Shown here: positions 19,703 through 29,694 of the stretch, one piece after another
Layout of the letters: each line of letters starts with the position of its first letter
Numbering within the stretch: position 1 is the first letter of the stretch
Assembly (NCBI GenBank): GCA_049889895.1
Contig: JBMHCO010000058.1
Location: 116-64,115 of the forward strand
Length of the DNA stretch: 64,000 nucleotides
Origin: Rubripirellula sp.
GTDB taxonomy: Bacteria > Planctomycetota > Planctomycetia > Pirellulales > Pirellulaceae
Direction: 5' to 3'
Notes under the pieces: generated by a model
What the model saw: the letters and a program-made list of their open reading frames with translations, nothing else
Database searches by the model: none
What the model was told of the DNA's origin: nothing
Position numbers and translations under genes: made by a program

Positions 19703-21121
19703 ATGCCAAAACTGCGTCGCTACGTCGCCACTCAAGCTCTTCCTGCAAGTCCTATGAGTGCGTTTGATTACCATGAACGACCAGGAGCGTTGAATCGATT
19801 GATCCCGCCGTGGGAGACGGTGACAATTGAATCTTCTGACCGCTCACTAAAACCGGGTAGCCGAGTTGTCCTGAAAACATCGGTCGGGGGCGTCCCCCTG
19901 CGTTGGGTGGCCGAGCACACCGAATACAATCCACCCAATTTATTTGCGGATCGACAAATCTCGGGCCCCTTCGAGACGTGGAACCATCAACATCGCTTCG
20001 AAACTCGGGAAAGAGCCAATAGCGATCATCCATCTCAATTAATTGATCAAATTGATTACCGATTACCTCTCGGTGCGTTGGGAGATTTCTTCGGATCGGT
20101 GAAGGCTCGTCGAACCATTGAAGCGATGTTCGCTTACCGCCATCAGATCACCCATGATGACCTTCGATTGATGCACGATTATCCCCTGAATCATCTCAGA
20201 GTCGCGGTCTCGGGTAGTAACGGTTTAGTGGGCAAGGCTTTTTGCAATCTGCTCAATCTGTTTGGCCACGAAGTGCGTTCAATTGTCCGAGGTGACCAGC
20301 AAGAAAGCAATCAAGAAGCACCATGGTCTCGCAATGCTGATCAACACACTCTCTCGGGGCTCGATGCAGTTGTCCACCTAGCTGGAAAGTCGATCGCCGA
20401 TGGTCGTTGGAATCAGACGCAAAAAGCAGAGATCAGAGACAGTCGAGTCGAGAAGACAAGACAACTATGTGAACTATTAGCAACAAAAAAACAACCTCCT
20501 AAAGTTCTGGTCTGTGCATCAGCGACTGGAATTTATGGCGACCGAGGTGATGAGATTCTTGATGAACAGTCGCCACTCGGTGAATCGACAGCGAACGGAG
20601 CAGGCTTTTTAGCCCAGGTTGGCAAGGAATGGGAGGAAGCGTGCCAACCGGCTCGCGATGCCGGGATTCGCGTGGTGCACGCAAGATTTGGAATTATCCT
20701 GTCACCTCGAGGCGGAGCACTTCAAAAAATGCTCACCCCAGCAAAACTCATGGGCGGATCACTAGGATCAGGGAAACAGTGGTGGAGTTGGATTGGCCTC
20801 GATGACGCATTGGGCGCCCTGTATCACTGCATTCAGTGCGAGCAGGTTCACGGAGCCGTCAATCTTGTCACACCATCCCCAATTCAAAACAGAGACTTTA
20901 CTCGCGAGTTAGGTCGAGTCATCGGACGACCAGCCCTATTTCCAGCCCCCAAGCCGATTCTGCGTCTCGGACTGGGAGAGATGGCTGACGCGCTCCTGTT
21001 GAGTAGTGCTAGAGTGATTCCAAAAAAGCTCATGGACTCAAATTACCATTTCCGATTCACCGATCTTGGACAACTCCTTCGATACTCGCTCGGACGAAAC
21101 CTCAAGCACTCGGAAGCTTAA
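19703..21121 (+). CDS. TIGR01777-family NAD-dependent epimerase with an N-terminal SRPBCC domain
   Basis: FADRQISGPFETWNHQHRF (SRPBCC); VAVSGSNGLVG; ASATGIYGDRGDE; GSGKQWWSWIGLDD; LLSSARVIP (DUF1731). Confidence 0.92.
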   Translation: MPKLRRYVATQALPASPMSAFDYHERPGALNRLIPPWETVTIESSDRSLKPGSRVVLKTSVGGVPLRWVAEHTEYNPPNLFADRQISGPFETWNHQHRFETRERANSDHPSQLIDQIDYRLPLGALGDFFGSVKARRTIEAMFAYRHQITHDDLRLMHDYPLNHLRVAVSGSNGLVGKAFCNLLNLFGHEVRSIVRGDQQESNQEAPWSRNADQHTLSGLDAVVHLAGKSIADGRWNQTQKAEIRDSRVEKTRQLCELLATKKQPPKVLVCASATGIYGDRGDEILDEQSPLGESTANGAGFLAQVGKEWEEACQPARDAGIRVVHARFGIILSPRGGALQKMLTPAKLMGGSLGSGKQWWSWIGLDDALGALYHCIQCEQVHGAVNLVTPSPIQNRDFTRELGRVIGRPALFPAPKPILRLGLGEMADALLLSSARVIPKKLMDSNYHFRFTDLGQLLRYSLGRNLKHSEA

Positions 21122-21128
21122 AGACGCG

Positions 21129-21578
21129 ATGACAACCAACTCAATTTTCCTTCTCAACCTGCTTTCTACTTGGTACATGGTTGGCCTGATTTGGATGGTG
21201 CAGATCGTGCACTACAACCTGTATGATCGAGTTGGCGTCGACGTCTTCGCACACTACGAAGCAGAACACAATCGACTGATTACTCCCATCGTCGGCATTC
21301 CCATGCTGATCGAGATTGCGACTGCAGCCATGCTGATTTGGCAGACACCAAGCTTCATGCCAAAGTCTGCAGTGTGGATAGGACTTGGACTGATACTGCT
21401 AATCTGGTTTTCAACGCTGCTATTGCAAATTCCAGCCCACCAACGATTACTGGAAGGCTTCGATGCAATCACCTACAAACGACTGGTCTATAGTAATTGG
21501 ATTCGCACCGTTGCCTGGTCGGCTCGCGGCTTGATTCTTGGTTACTATCTATACTTTGGATTAGAGCGAATCAAGTAA
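21129..21578 (+). CDS. Small four-TM membrane protein
   Basis: WYMVGLIWMVQIVHY...QIPAHQRL...LVYSNWIRTVAW, a conserved-looking hydrophobic pattern; follows the epimerase closely. Confidence 0.8.
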   Translation: MTTNSIFLLNLLSTWYMVGLIWMVQIVHYNLYDRVGVDVFAHYEAEHNRLITPIVGIPMLIEIATAAMLIWQTPSFMPKSAVWIGLGLILLIWFSTLLLQIPAHQRLLEGFDAITYKRLVYSNWIRTVAWSARGLILGYYLYFGLERIK

Positions 21579-22460
21579 TTAGCCGTTGGCTTTCGCAATC
21601 GCTTGTACCACCGCATCACCCATATCGGCGGGAGTTGGGGCGACAACGATACCGGCATCCTCGAGCGCTGCAACTTTTTCTTCTGCAGTTCCTTTGCCGC
21701 CGCTAATGATTGCACCAGCATGCCCCATTCTCTTTCCGGGAGGTGCTGTTCGGCCTGCGATGAATGCAGCAACGGGTTTGGTGACATTCGCTTTTGCAAA
21801 TGCGGCAGCCTCTTCCTCGGCCGACCCACCAATCTCGCCGATCATCAAGATCGCTTCGGTTTGGTCGTCATCCTGATAGCGTTTTAACAGATCGATAAAG
21901 CTCGTACCCACGATAGGGTCGCCACCAAGACCGACGCAAGTACTTTGCCCGAGACCTAAATTGGTGGTCTGCCAAACCGCTTCATAGGTCAGCGTACCAC
22001 TTCGGCTCATCACACCAACCTTTCCGGGTTGGTGAATATAACCCGGCATGATTCCAATCTTGCACGAACCGGGTGTAATCACACCGGGGCAGTTAGGACC
22101 AATGAGCACCGAATTACTAGCTCGCACTTTCTCATAAACGCGAACCATATCGACAACGGGAACTCCTTCGGTGATCGCGCAGATCACTTCAATTCCAGCA
22201 TCCACGGCCTCAAGGATCGCATCGGCGGTAAACGGAGGAGGAACGAAAATCATGGTTGCGTTCGCGCCGGTCTCATGCACAGCCTCTTCGACTGTATCAA
22301 AAACGGGGATACCCTCCACGTTCTGCCCACCTTTGCCGGGTGTCACCCCGCCAACCATCTGGGTCCCATAATCCCGACAACCGAGTGAGTGGAAAGTGCC
22401 CGCATTACCGGTGATGCCTTGGCAAATGACTTTGGTGTTACCGTCAACCAGGATGCTCAT
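21579..22460 (-). CDS. sucD: Succinate--CoA ligase subunit alpha
   Basis: [18 protein letters not shown]; IGPNCPG; SRSGTLTYE; GKRMGHAGA. The track's 22526 start is an upstream extension. Confidence 0.98.
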   Translation of the reverse strand: MSILVDGNTKVICQGITGNAGTFHSLGCRDYGTQMVGGVTPGKGGQNVEGIPVFDTVEEAVHETGANATMIFVPPPFTADAILEAVDAGIEVICAITEGVPVVDMVRVYEKVRASNSVLIGPNCPGVITPGSCKIGIMPGYIHQPGKVGVMSRSGTLTYEAVWQTTNLGLGQSTCVGLGGDPIVGTSFIDLLKRYQDDDQTEAILMIGEIGGSAEEEAAAFAKANVTKPVAAFIAGRTAPPGKRMGHAGAIISGGKGTAEEKVAALEDAGIVVAPTPADMGDAVVQAIAKANG

Positions 22461-22520
22461 TTCTGACTTGCTAGCTGGATAGAGTTGACTGAATGAAAAA
22501 AATAAAAAATCGATCTGTAT

Positions 22521-22587
22521 GTTCACCTGAACTATTCAATCGGTAAGTTCACCTGAACTATTCAATCGTTAAGTTCACCTGAACTAT
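22521..22587. repeat. 26-bp tandem repeat (about 2.6 copies) with a palindromic core, in the sucC-sucD spacer
   Basis: GTTCACCTGAACTATTCAATCGGTAA (22521-22546), GTTCACCTGAACTATTCAATCGTTAA (22547-22572), GTTCACCTGAACTAT (22573-22587). Confidence 0.95.
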
Positions 22588-23768
22588 GCAACGGCAGCAA
22601 CGATCTTCTTCGCCGCATCCGTTATGTCTGTTGCGCTGATGATGTCCACGTCGCTCTCAGCGAGCATCTTACGACCTTCTTCAACCTCGGTGCCTTCTAG
22701 TCGGACAACCAACGGAACGTTGAATCCAACGACCTTACTCGCCTCGATCAATGCAGAGGCAATCGTCGTGCAGCGTGCGATCCCACCAAAGATGTTGACA
22801 AGAACACCTTTGCAGTTCGGATCAGACAATAGAATTCGAAAAGCTTCGGTGACCTGTTCGGTGTTAGCTCCACCGCCTACATCAAGGAAGTTAGCGGGCT
22901 GGCCGCCGTGATACTTGATGATGTCCATTGTGGACATCGCGAGGCCGGCACCGTTAACCAGACACCCGATGTTACCCTCCAGTTTGACATAACTCAGACC
23001 GGACTCACTCGCACGAACCTCACTCGGTTCCTCCTCGGATAGATCCCGAAGTTCAAGTAGATCTTTGTGCCGGTACAGTGCATTACTGTCGAAGGTCACT
23101 TTCGCATCCAAAGCGATCATTTCATCGTTGCCAGTGATCACCAGCGGATTGATCTCCGCGAGTGAACAATCGTAGTCAACATAAAAACGACAGACAGCAG
23201 GCATGAATTTGAAAGCCGCTTTGGCTGCTGAACCTGTGATCCCCAGTTTCTTACAAAGCTTTCGGACTTGGTATGCCTCAAGCCCAACGGCTGGATCAAA
23301 ATGTTCTTTGAAGATCAACTCAGGCGTTTCTTCGGCGACCGCTTCGATTTCAACGCCACCCTCGGTGCTTACCATGAGCACAGGCTTTGCCACGGCGCGA
23401 TCCAAAACGATCCCGAGGTAGAGTTCGCGAGCGATATCACAACCGGCTTCGACAAAAACCTGATTGACCGTTTTACCTTCCGGCCCAGTCTGAATCGTTA
23501 CCAGAGTTTTACCAATCAAGCCCTCAGCAGCTTGCCGAACGTCATCAACTGATTGGCAAACAACAACGCCACGTTGATCAGGATTATCGGCAACGGTTCC
23601 TTTACCCCGCCCCCCGGCGTGTATCTGGCTCTTAACCACTGCGACTTTTCCGCCCAACTTTTCATAGGCAGCCACCGCTTCGTCAGGAGTCTTGGCGACA
23701 ATCCCTTCTAGGACAGGCACACCGGCTTGGCGAAACAACTCTTTGGCTTGGAATTCGTGTATCTTCAT
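22584..23768 (-). CDS. sucC: Succinate--CoA ligase subunit beta
   Basis: [12 protein letters not shown]; [11 protein letters not shown]; [18 protein letters not shown]; NFLDVGG. Confidence 0.98.
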   Translation of the reverse strand: MKIHEFQAKELFRQAGVPVLEGIVAKTPDEAVAAYEKLGGKVAVVKSQIHAGGRGKGTVADNPDQRGVVVCQSVDDVRQAAEGLIGKTLVTIQTGPEGKTVNQVFVEAGCDIARELYLGIVLDRAVAKPVLMVSTEGGVEIEAVAEETPELIFKEHFDPAVGLEAYQVRKLCKKLGITGSAAKAAFKFMPAVCRFYVDYDCSLAEINPLVITGNDEMIALDAKVTFDSNALYRHKDLLELRDLSEEEPSEVRASESGLSYVKLEGNIGCLVNGAGLAMSTMDIIKYHGGQPANFLDVGGGANTEQVTEAFRILLSDPNCKGVLVNIFGGIARCTTIASALIEASKVVGFNVPLVVRLEGTEVEEGRKMLAESDVDIISATDITDAAKKIVAAVA

Positions 23769-24396
23769 CGATGCAGAAAAATGCTGTGTGTTTCAAAAAA
23801 TGGGAAAAGCATCTCGCTCCAAAACCTGCAAAGCCGCGGCAAGAATACCGCAGTTCAAGATTGGAACTGAGTTCATCAGGAGTTTAACAAACAGCCAAGG
23901 CTTCACCCCCAAACCAAGTCCTTCGAACAGAGTAGGGCGAATCGATTTCAGCATACCTGAAGGTAGTATCCACCCTCATCTGGCATTCGAATCAGGCGAT
24001 GTTGTTTTTGCTCATGATTTATCTACTTCATTTATCTACTTCGGTTCGTTCTCGGCATCGCTGTCTTGAGTGCCAAGAAACCCGTTCCGCAGCAGAACGC
24101 CTAGAATATACGCGGCATTGGCCTGCTCAGGAACCACCGTTTGAGTGACCCTCCACTACCAACCAAAAATGTGGGAGATATTGGCACGTGCCAGAGGCGA
24201 AGGCTCCTGCAGGACAACATGGATGGCACGGCCGGAGCCACAATCAAGTCCAGCTCAAACTCAGTCATCCACTTATCCGAGATGACCAACACCGGTAAAA
24301 CTGCTCGATAAACTTCTGTAGCAACCCCCTGCACAATCCCGCAGCAATCGGCTGCAACTACGCATTTCTAATAAACGCCAAGAAAGACTCAGCAGG

Positions 24397-25953
24397 ATGG
24401 ATAACGAACAAAACGGCCTGGTGATACTGAATCACAATGACAACGTTGCCATCGCAACCGAACCACTAGCTTCGGGAATCAGACGTACCGTGGGTGACCG
24501 CTCTGTTTGCCCGCAGCTACCAATACCAGCGGGACACAAGATCGCCATCCGTTCGATCCAGAAGGGCGAATCAATCATTAAGTACGGGCAACCGATTGGC
24601 CTGGCCAAAGAAGACATCGCCGAGGGGATGCATGTTCACACGCACAACCTGATGGACCACCATATCGTCTCCCACGATATCAGTGACCGTCATCCACCTG
24701 AACCACCCGCAACTCTTACCCGAGAATTCCAAGGTTTCCATCGCCCCGATGGCAAAGTTGGAACTCGCAACTATGTCGCAATCATTTCAACGGTGAATTG
24801 CAGTGCTTCGGTTTGTCATGAAGTCGTGAAACGCTTTGATGCTGAACGCCTCAAGCAATGGCCGAACGTTGACGGAGTTTTTGCGGTGACGCACGGGACC
24901 GGGTGCGCGTTAGAGTACCACGGGATTAAACATCAAATGCTCGGCCGTGTCCTTGCCGGATACGCCACTCACTGCAACGTAGGTGGAACACTTGTAATCG
25001 GTCTCGGTTGCGAGCAAACCACCTCGGGATACCTCACGGAGCATCACGGCCTTGTTTCGCTGCATGCACCTGATGGATCGAAGTTGACCAAGGACGATGG
25101 AATCCCAATGCTAACCATGCAAACTGAAGGAGGGACCCGCGCGACGATCGAGAAAGCCGTCACTCTGCTGGAACAGGTCCTTGACCGAGCAAACCAATTC
25201 CAACGCAAATCGGCTGACGCAAAGCACCTAACACTGGCGGTGGAGTGTGGTGGAAGCGATGGCTATTCTGGGCTGACTGCAAACCCAGCGGTTGGCGTCG
25301 TTTCCGACCGAATTGTTGCGTGCGGCGGCACCTCGATCATCTCAGAAACGACCGAGCTTTACGGAGCCGAACATCTTCTTGTCAAACGGAGTCGGTCTGA
25401 AGAGGTTGCTCAGAAACTGCTCGACCGCATTGAATGGTGGAAGAACTACGTTGCAATGTACGGCGGCCAGATTGACAACAATCCCTCCGTTGGCAACAAA
25501 GCGGGTGGACTCACCACCATCACGGAAAAGTCTCTCGGTGCTGTCTCCAAAAGCGGCAGCACGGCTCTGGAGGAAGTTTATCAGTACGGCGAGCAGGTCC
25601 AAACAAAAGGTCTCGTCGTGATGGACTCACCCGGCTTTGACCCAGCAAGTGTCACTGGCAAGGTCGCTGGTGGCGCGAACCTTGTGATGTTCACAACTGG
25701 TCGTGGCAGTTGCTTTGGCTGCAAACCAACACCCGTCATCAAAATCTCCTCCAATACGTCGCTATTTGAAAGACTCAGCGATGACATGGATCTTGATGCC
25801 GGGACAGTTCTTCAGGGTGAAGACTTACAAGCGACTGGAGACCGCTTTTTTGAGTACGCTCTACGCGTTGCAAGCGGTGAAAAAACTTGCAGTGAAGTAC
25901 TTGGGCTTGGAGATCACGAATTCACTCCATGGACGGTAGGACCGACCGTTTAG
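24397..25953 (+). CDS. uxaA: UxaA family altronate/galactarate dehydratase (SAF + catalytic domain)
   Basis: DNVAIA SAF domain; GTRNYVAIISTVNCSASV; ECGGSDGYSGLTANP; GNKAGGLTTITEKSLGA; FTTGRG. Confidence 0.9.
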   Translation: MDNEQNGLVILNHNDNVAIATEPLASGIRRTVGDRSVCPQLPIPAGHKIAIRSIQKGESIIKYGQPIGLAKEDIAEGMHVHTHNLMDHHIVSHDISDRHPPEPPATLTREFQGFHRPDGKVGTRNYVAIISTVNCSASVCHEVVKRFDAERLKQWPNVDGVFAVTHGTGCALEYHGIKHQMLGRVLAGYATHCNVGGTLVIGLGCEQTTSGYLTEHHGLVSLHAPDGSKLTKDDGIPMLTMQTEGGTRATIEKAVTLLEQVLDRANQFQRKSADAKHLTLAVECGGSDGYSGLTANPAVGVVSDRIVACGGTSIISETTELYGAEHLLVKRSRSEEVAQKLLDRIEWWKNYVAMYGGQIDNNPSVGNKAGGLTTITEKSLGAVSKSGSTALEEVYQYGEQVQTKGLVVMDSPGFDPASVTGKVAGGANLVMFTTGRGSCFGCKPTPVIKISSNTSLFERLSDDMDLDAGTVLQGEDLQATGDRFFEYALRVASGEKTCSEVLGLGDHEFTPWTVGPTV

Positions 25954-26123
25954 AATCCAATAGCACCAATTTCCATCCACTGCTTTTTCACTCGGTCACC
26001 AACCACTAGGATTCACTCCACCACGCTAAATTATGCGTACAATACGCCGCTGAAACGCCCCGGAGAAGCATCGACCAACGTCAGCGGCGACCTTCTCAAA
26101 TCATCCTTTAACAGCTGTGAACC

Positions 26124-27122
26124 ATGAGCCAAGCCCTTCCCAAAGTTGTCATCACCGACTTCATCAACGACTCGCTTTCCATTGAAAAAGAGGTGCTTGA
26201 AGGTGTCGCGACGGTGGAAGCGTTCGACGCTTATGACGAAATGGCATTACATGGAAAAATTGAATCCGCCAAAGCCGTCATGCTTTACCACAACCTCTCC
26301 CTCTCCGCGGCAACGATCGAAAGACTAGAGGACTGTGACTTGATTGTTCGTTGCGGTGTTGGTTTCGATAATGTCGATCATGCTTTCGCTCGGCAACGCG
26401 GAATTCCCGTTGCGAATGTTCCTGACTATGGAACCGAAGAAGTGGCCGATTCCGCAATTGGCATGGCACTCGCTCTCACTCGCGGAATCCATTTCTACAA
26501 CCAGCGAATGCGTTCCAGTCCGGAACCGTGGATGTACCACGTTTCTCCCTCGCTTTACCGGCACCGTGGTCGCGTCTTCGGAATTGTAGGCATGGGCCGC
26601 ATCGGTACCGCAACGGCCCGAAGAGCTCTAGCAATGGGAATGGACGTTCGCTTCTATGATCCATTTAAACCTGACGGTTACGACAAAGCGAACGGTGTTA
26701 CTCGAGTCGAAACACTCGAAGAGCTGATGCGTGAATCCTTTATCCTGAGCCTACACTGTCCCCTCAACGAAGAATCACGGCATTTGGTCAACGCACAGAC
26801 CCTGCAGTGGCTCCCTGAAGGTAGCTACCTCGTTAACACGTCACGCGGTGATGTAGTTGACACGGATGCAATTCCAGAGGCTCTTGCAAGCGGCAGATTA
26901 GCCGGAGCGGCGATCGATGTTCTCGCCGAAGAACCGCCCTCACCAACTAATCCTCTTCTCGTCGCTTGGAGAGACCCCAATCACCCAGCATACGAGCGTC
27001 TGCTGATCAATCCTCACTCGGCCTTTTACTGTGAGGAAGGCTTGGAGGACATGCGGCGTAAAGGAGCAGAAGCTTGCCGAAGAGCCTTGCTCGGAGAAAG
27101 GCTTCGCAACATCATCAACTAA
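26124..27122 (+). CDS. D-2-hydroxyacid dehydrogenase, CtBP-like
   Basis: RCGVGFDNVD; NVPDYGTEEVAD; GIVGMGRIG; LVNTSRG; DVLAEEP; NPHSAFY. Confidence 0.92.
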   Translation: MSQALPKVVITDFINDSLSIEKEVLEGVATVEAFDAYDEMALHGKIESAKAVMLYHNLSLSAATIERLEDCDLIVRCGVGFDNVDHAFARQRGIPVANVPDYGTEEVADSAIGMALALTRGIHFYNQRMRSSPEPWMYHVSPSLYRHRGRVFGIVGMGRIGTATARRALAMGMDVRFYDPFKPDGYDKANGVTRVETLEELMRESFILSLHCPLNEESRHLVNAQTLQWLPEGSYLVNTSRGDVVDTDAIPEALASGRLAGAAIDVLAEEPPSPTNPLLVAWRDPNHPAYERLLINPHSAFYCEEGLEDMRRKGAEACRRALLGERLRNIIN

Positions 27123-27137
27123 TCGGCTTTCGCACAA

Positions 27138-29474
27138 CTAAGTAACCTTAACGGTCTCCATTGCCGCTTCATCGGGTGCTGATTCATTGTCCACTGTCAC
27201 TGCGGACACAGTGAATTTGCGAACGATGAGCCATAGCCCGAGTGTCACCAACACAATGGAGAAGACCGCGAAGGCACCCTCCCAAAGCAACGCGGATCTC
27301 ATACTCGCCACCGGGGAGACCACCTTACGAAGTCGATATTGAACTAGAACCAAAAGGTCGGTTTGCTCCTTGTCGGCTTGCTTCCGATCGCGTAGCTGAT
27401 CAGCAGATGTATCGCCAACGGTTAGCTGGTTGGGTTTGCCCCCCCGGTTCCCCGGTAGCGACACTGGCTGCATGGCTGCAATCCACTCGCCCCCAAAATC
27501 TGCATCACCACCATCTGCTCCAGAAAGCGGGTCGAGATAGTCCACGTCGCGGCCCTCAAATAATCTGGCCATCAAAAGCGGTGGAATCTGATACCGCTCG
27601 CCGGCTACATCTGCACCGCTTCTTCGCCGCGTCTCAATCATCGGGTGCTGCAGGATCGTGCCCTGAGTCGGTCCCGGTCTGGCTTCGACTAAAACAGCAA
27701 CCTGATTGTTTCCGTAGCGACTCTGCAACAGATCGAAGTCACCCAGATTGACCGTGACAACGAACATCGCATCTGGCGCTGAACGATCCTCGCTCAAATA
27801 AATGGGGGTACTGATCGCAACTTTCCAAAGCTGCGTAGCGGTACTCGAGAATGCTGCCGACATGCGAGTTTCCTGGAGTGCCGAAACCGATCCAATTTCA
27901 GTTGTATCCTTAGGAAGGTCGGTGCGACCGCCGTGAAAATACGTTCGGTAACAATAGTTCCGTCCGCTACTATCTTGCCTCACGTCCACCGGAGAATCAT
28001 AAGCAATGGCGATGATTGTCCCCTGCCGATCGGTCACAAACATCGACGCGAGGTGCTGATCACTCAGAGGTCCATATCGCTTCAATCTCTCCGACAACAA
28101 AGCTTTGAATTTCTGATGCGATTCAGATGCGAGCAACCGACCCCTGGGATCACTCTCCTGATGTGTCGCAGCGGAAACCCCCATCTCATTGATTTCACCA
28201 ACCGCAATTGCGACCTCGGGATCATTCAGGCAAGCCTTCAGGGATGCACGAAATTCAACCTCTGCGATCTCATCTTCCGTGAGGCGATAGTAGCGATCAA
28301 TCTCGCTTTCGAGCGTTTTAGCTGCAAATGCTGCGGCAAGCTCGTTACTCTCAAACGCTTCCTGGCGAAGAGCGGTGATCGTACTTTTACTGGCCTGCCG
28401 AACGGTTCGAGCAGCAAAGATGCTGGTGGCTATAAGAATAAGCAGAGGCCCAACGATTCCCATCAGCATTAATGGTCGTCTCGTGCGAAACGCTTCGCGT
28501 CGCGACAACTCCTGCAGAATCTGCTGCACATTTGCATAACGATCCTCGGGATTTGGAGCTAAACATCGCGAGACAATCCGAGCCAACGGACGATCGACAC
28601 CCTCACGCTCTGTGAGAAGTTGCGGTGCACCTCGCTGCAAAATCATCTGCCGGTAGGATGACAATCGCTCCTCAAGAGAATTAGCCGTGTCCAACTGGCT
28701 TAAGCTACTCGGATCACGATGAGGTGGTCGCCCTGTCAGAAGTCGATAAAAAATTGCACCCAGCGCGTAGACGTCCCAACTTGCATCCGGTGACGCATGA
28801 AGATCTGCCTGCTCGGGTGCCATATAAAACAAAGTCCCCAATGCGGGCGTTTGATCGCCCGAAAGACGACTCTGACCAAAGTCTGCAAGCCTCGGTTCGT
28901 CGTCCTCACCAAGCAACAAGTTCGCCGGCTTGAGATCACAGTGCAAAACCCCTTTTCCGTGACAGCGATTCAAACCCACACAAATCTTCTGGAATAAATC
29001 AACCGCCTCGCCCACCGAGAGTCGCCCCCTCTCTTCCAACCGATCCTCCAAGGATCCGCCCGTGATCAACTCCATCACATAGTAAGGAGGCTCTGCATCC
29101 CACCCGACCTCCAAAACCTGCACCACGTAACGATCAGCAGAAAGCTGAACAAGGTTCTTAACCTCACGACTCAACAAAGACCAGTTTACTCCACCACGGT
29201 GGAGATAAAACTTGACGGCAACATCACGCCCCGTATTCAGATCCCGTCCAACCCACACCTGCCCAAACGCACCCGCACCCAAGAATCGGGTTAAGCGATA
29301 ACCGGGAACGTTCGCCGGTGGTGTGGTTGCTTGCACCGACATCTGCTGGCTGTAGGCCATCGCATCAACCGACTGAGGTTCAGTGCCGTTATCCTGGGCA
29401 CCTTCGTCTTGCTGACGCACCTGCTCAGAGTCGAACTCCTCTCGGTTGCTGGGAGGTGGTTTTTTGAAATCCAT
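27138..29474 (-). CDS. Membrane Ser/Thr protein kinase with a periplasmic Cache-like domain
   Basis: LGAGAFGQVW, VAVK, HCDLKPAN, DFG, YMAPEQ; TM RRPLMLMGIVGPLL...; MFVTDRQGTIIA, NYCYRTYFHG, VAISTPI; second TM near the C-terminus. Confidence 0.92.
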   Translation of the reverse strand: MDFKKPPPSNREEFDSEQVRQQDEGAQDNGTEPQSVDAMAYSQQMSVQATTPPANVPGYRLTRFLGAGAFGQVWVGRDLNTGRDVAVKFYLHRGGVNWSLLSREVKNLVQLSADRYVVQVLEVGWDAEPPYYVMELITGGSLEDRLEERGRLSVGEAVDLFQKICVGLNRCHGKGVLHCDLKPANLLLGEDDEPRLADFGQSRLSGDQTPALGTLFYMAPEQADLHASPDASWDVYALGAIFYRLLTGRPPHRDPSSLSQLDTANSLEERLSSYRQMILQRGAPQLLTEREGVDRPLARIVSRCLAPNPEDRYANVQQILQELSRREAFRTRRPLMLMGIVGPLLILIATSIFAARTVRQASKSTITALRQEAFESNELAAAFAAKTLESEIDRYYRLTEDEIAEVEFRASLKACLNDPEVAIAVGEINEMGVSAATHQESDPRGRLLASESHQKFKALLSERLKRYGPLSDQHLASMFVTDRQGTIIAIAYDSPVDVRQDSSGRNYCYRTYFHGGRTDLPKDTTEIGSVSALQETRMSAAFSSTATQLWKVAISTPIYLSEDRSAPDAMFVVTVNLGDFDLLQSRYGNNQVAVLVEARPGPTQGTILQHPMIETRRRSGADVAGERYQIPPLLMARLFEGRDVDYLDPLSGADGGDADFGGEWIAAMQPVSLPGNRGGKPNQLTVGDTSADQLRDRKQADKEQTDLLVLVQYRLRKVVSPVASMRSALLWEGAFAVFSIVLVTLGLWLIVRKFTVSAVTVDNESAPDEAAMETVKVT

Positions 29475-29694
29475 ATCTGAAAACCAAGTTCGTGCCGCAA
29501 CTAAGAAAGCAAATCCAATCCGAGTTTAACCTTGGAGCAGGTGGTGAATACCACCCCCACAGCAAAAGCTGGAGACAGGGAATCTCCGAGAAGCTTGGGC
29601 AGCATTCAACGGTAAACGCTGCCCGAGTCGTTTTACCTTTGGTAGGATCGTCAATCAGACCGAACCATCCCAGAACAACTCCATCGTTTACCTC

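Noticed and set aside
22521-22587. Possible mini-CRISPR array
   Set aside because: The inter-repeat segments are nearly identical (CGGTAA vs CGTTAA) and too short to be spacers, and no cas genes are present.
24182-24193. Sigma-54 promoter (TGGCAC)
   Set aside because: No TTGC at the -12 position on either strand.
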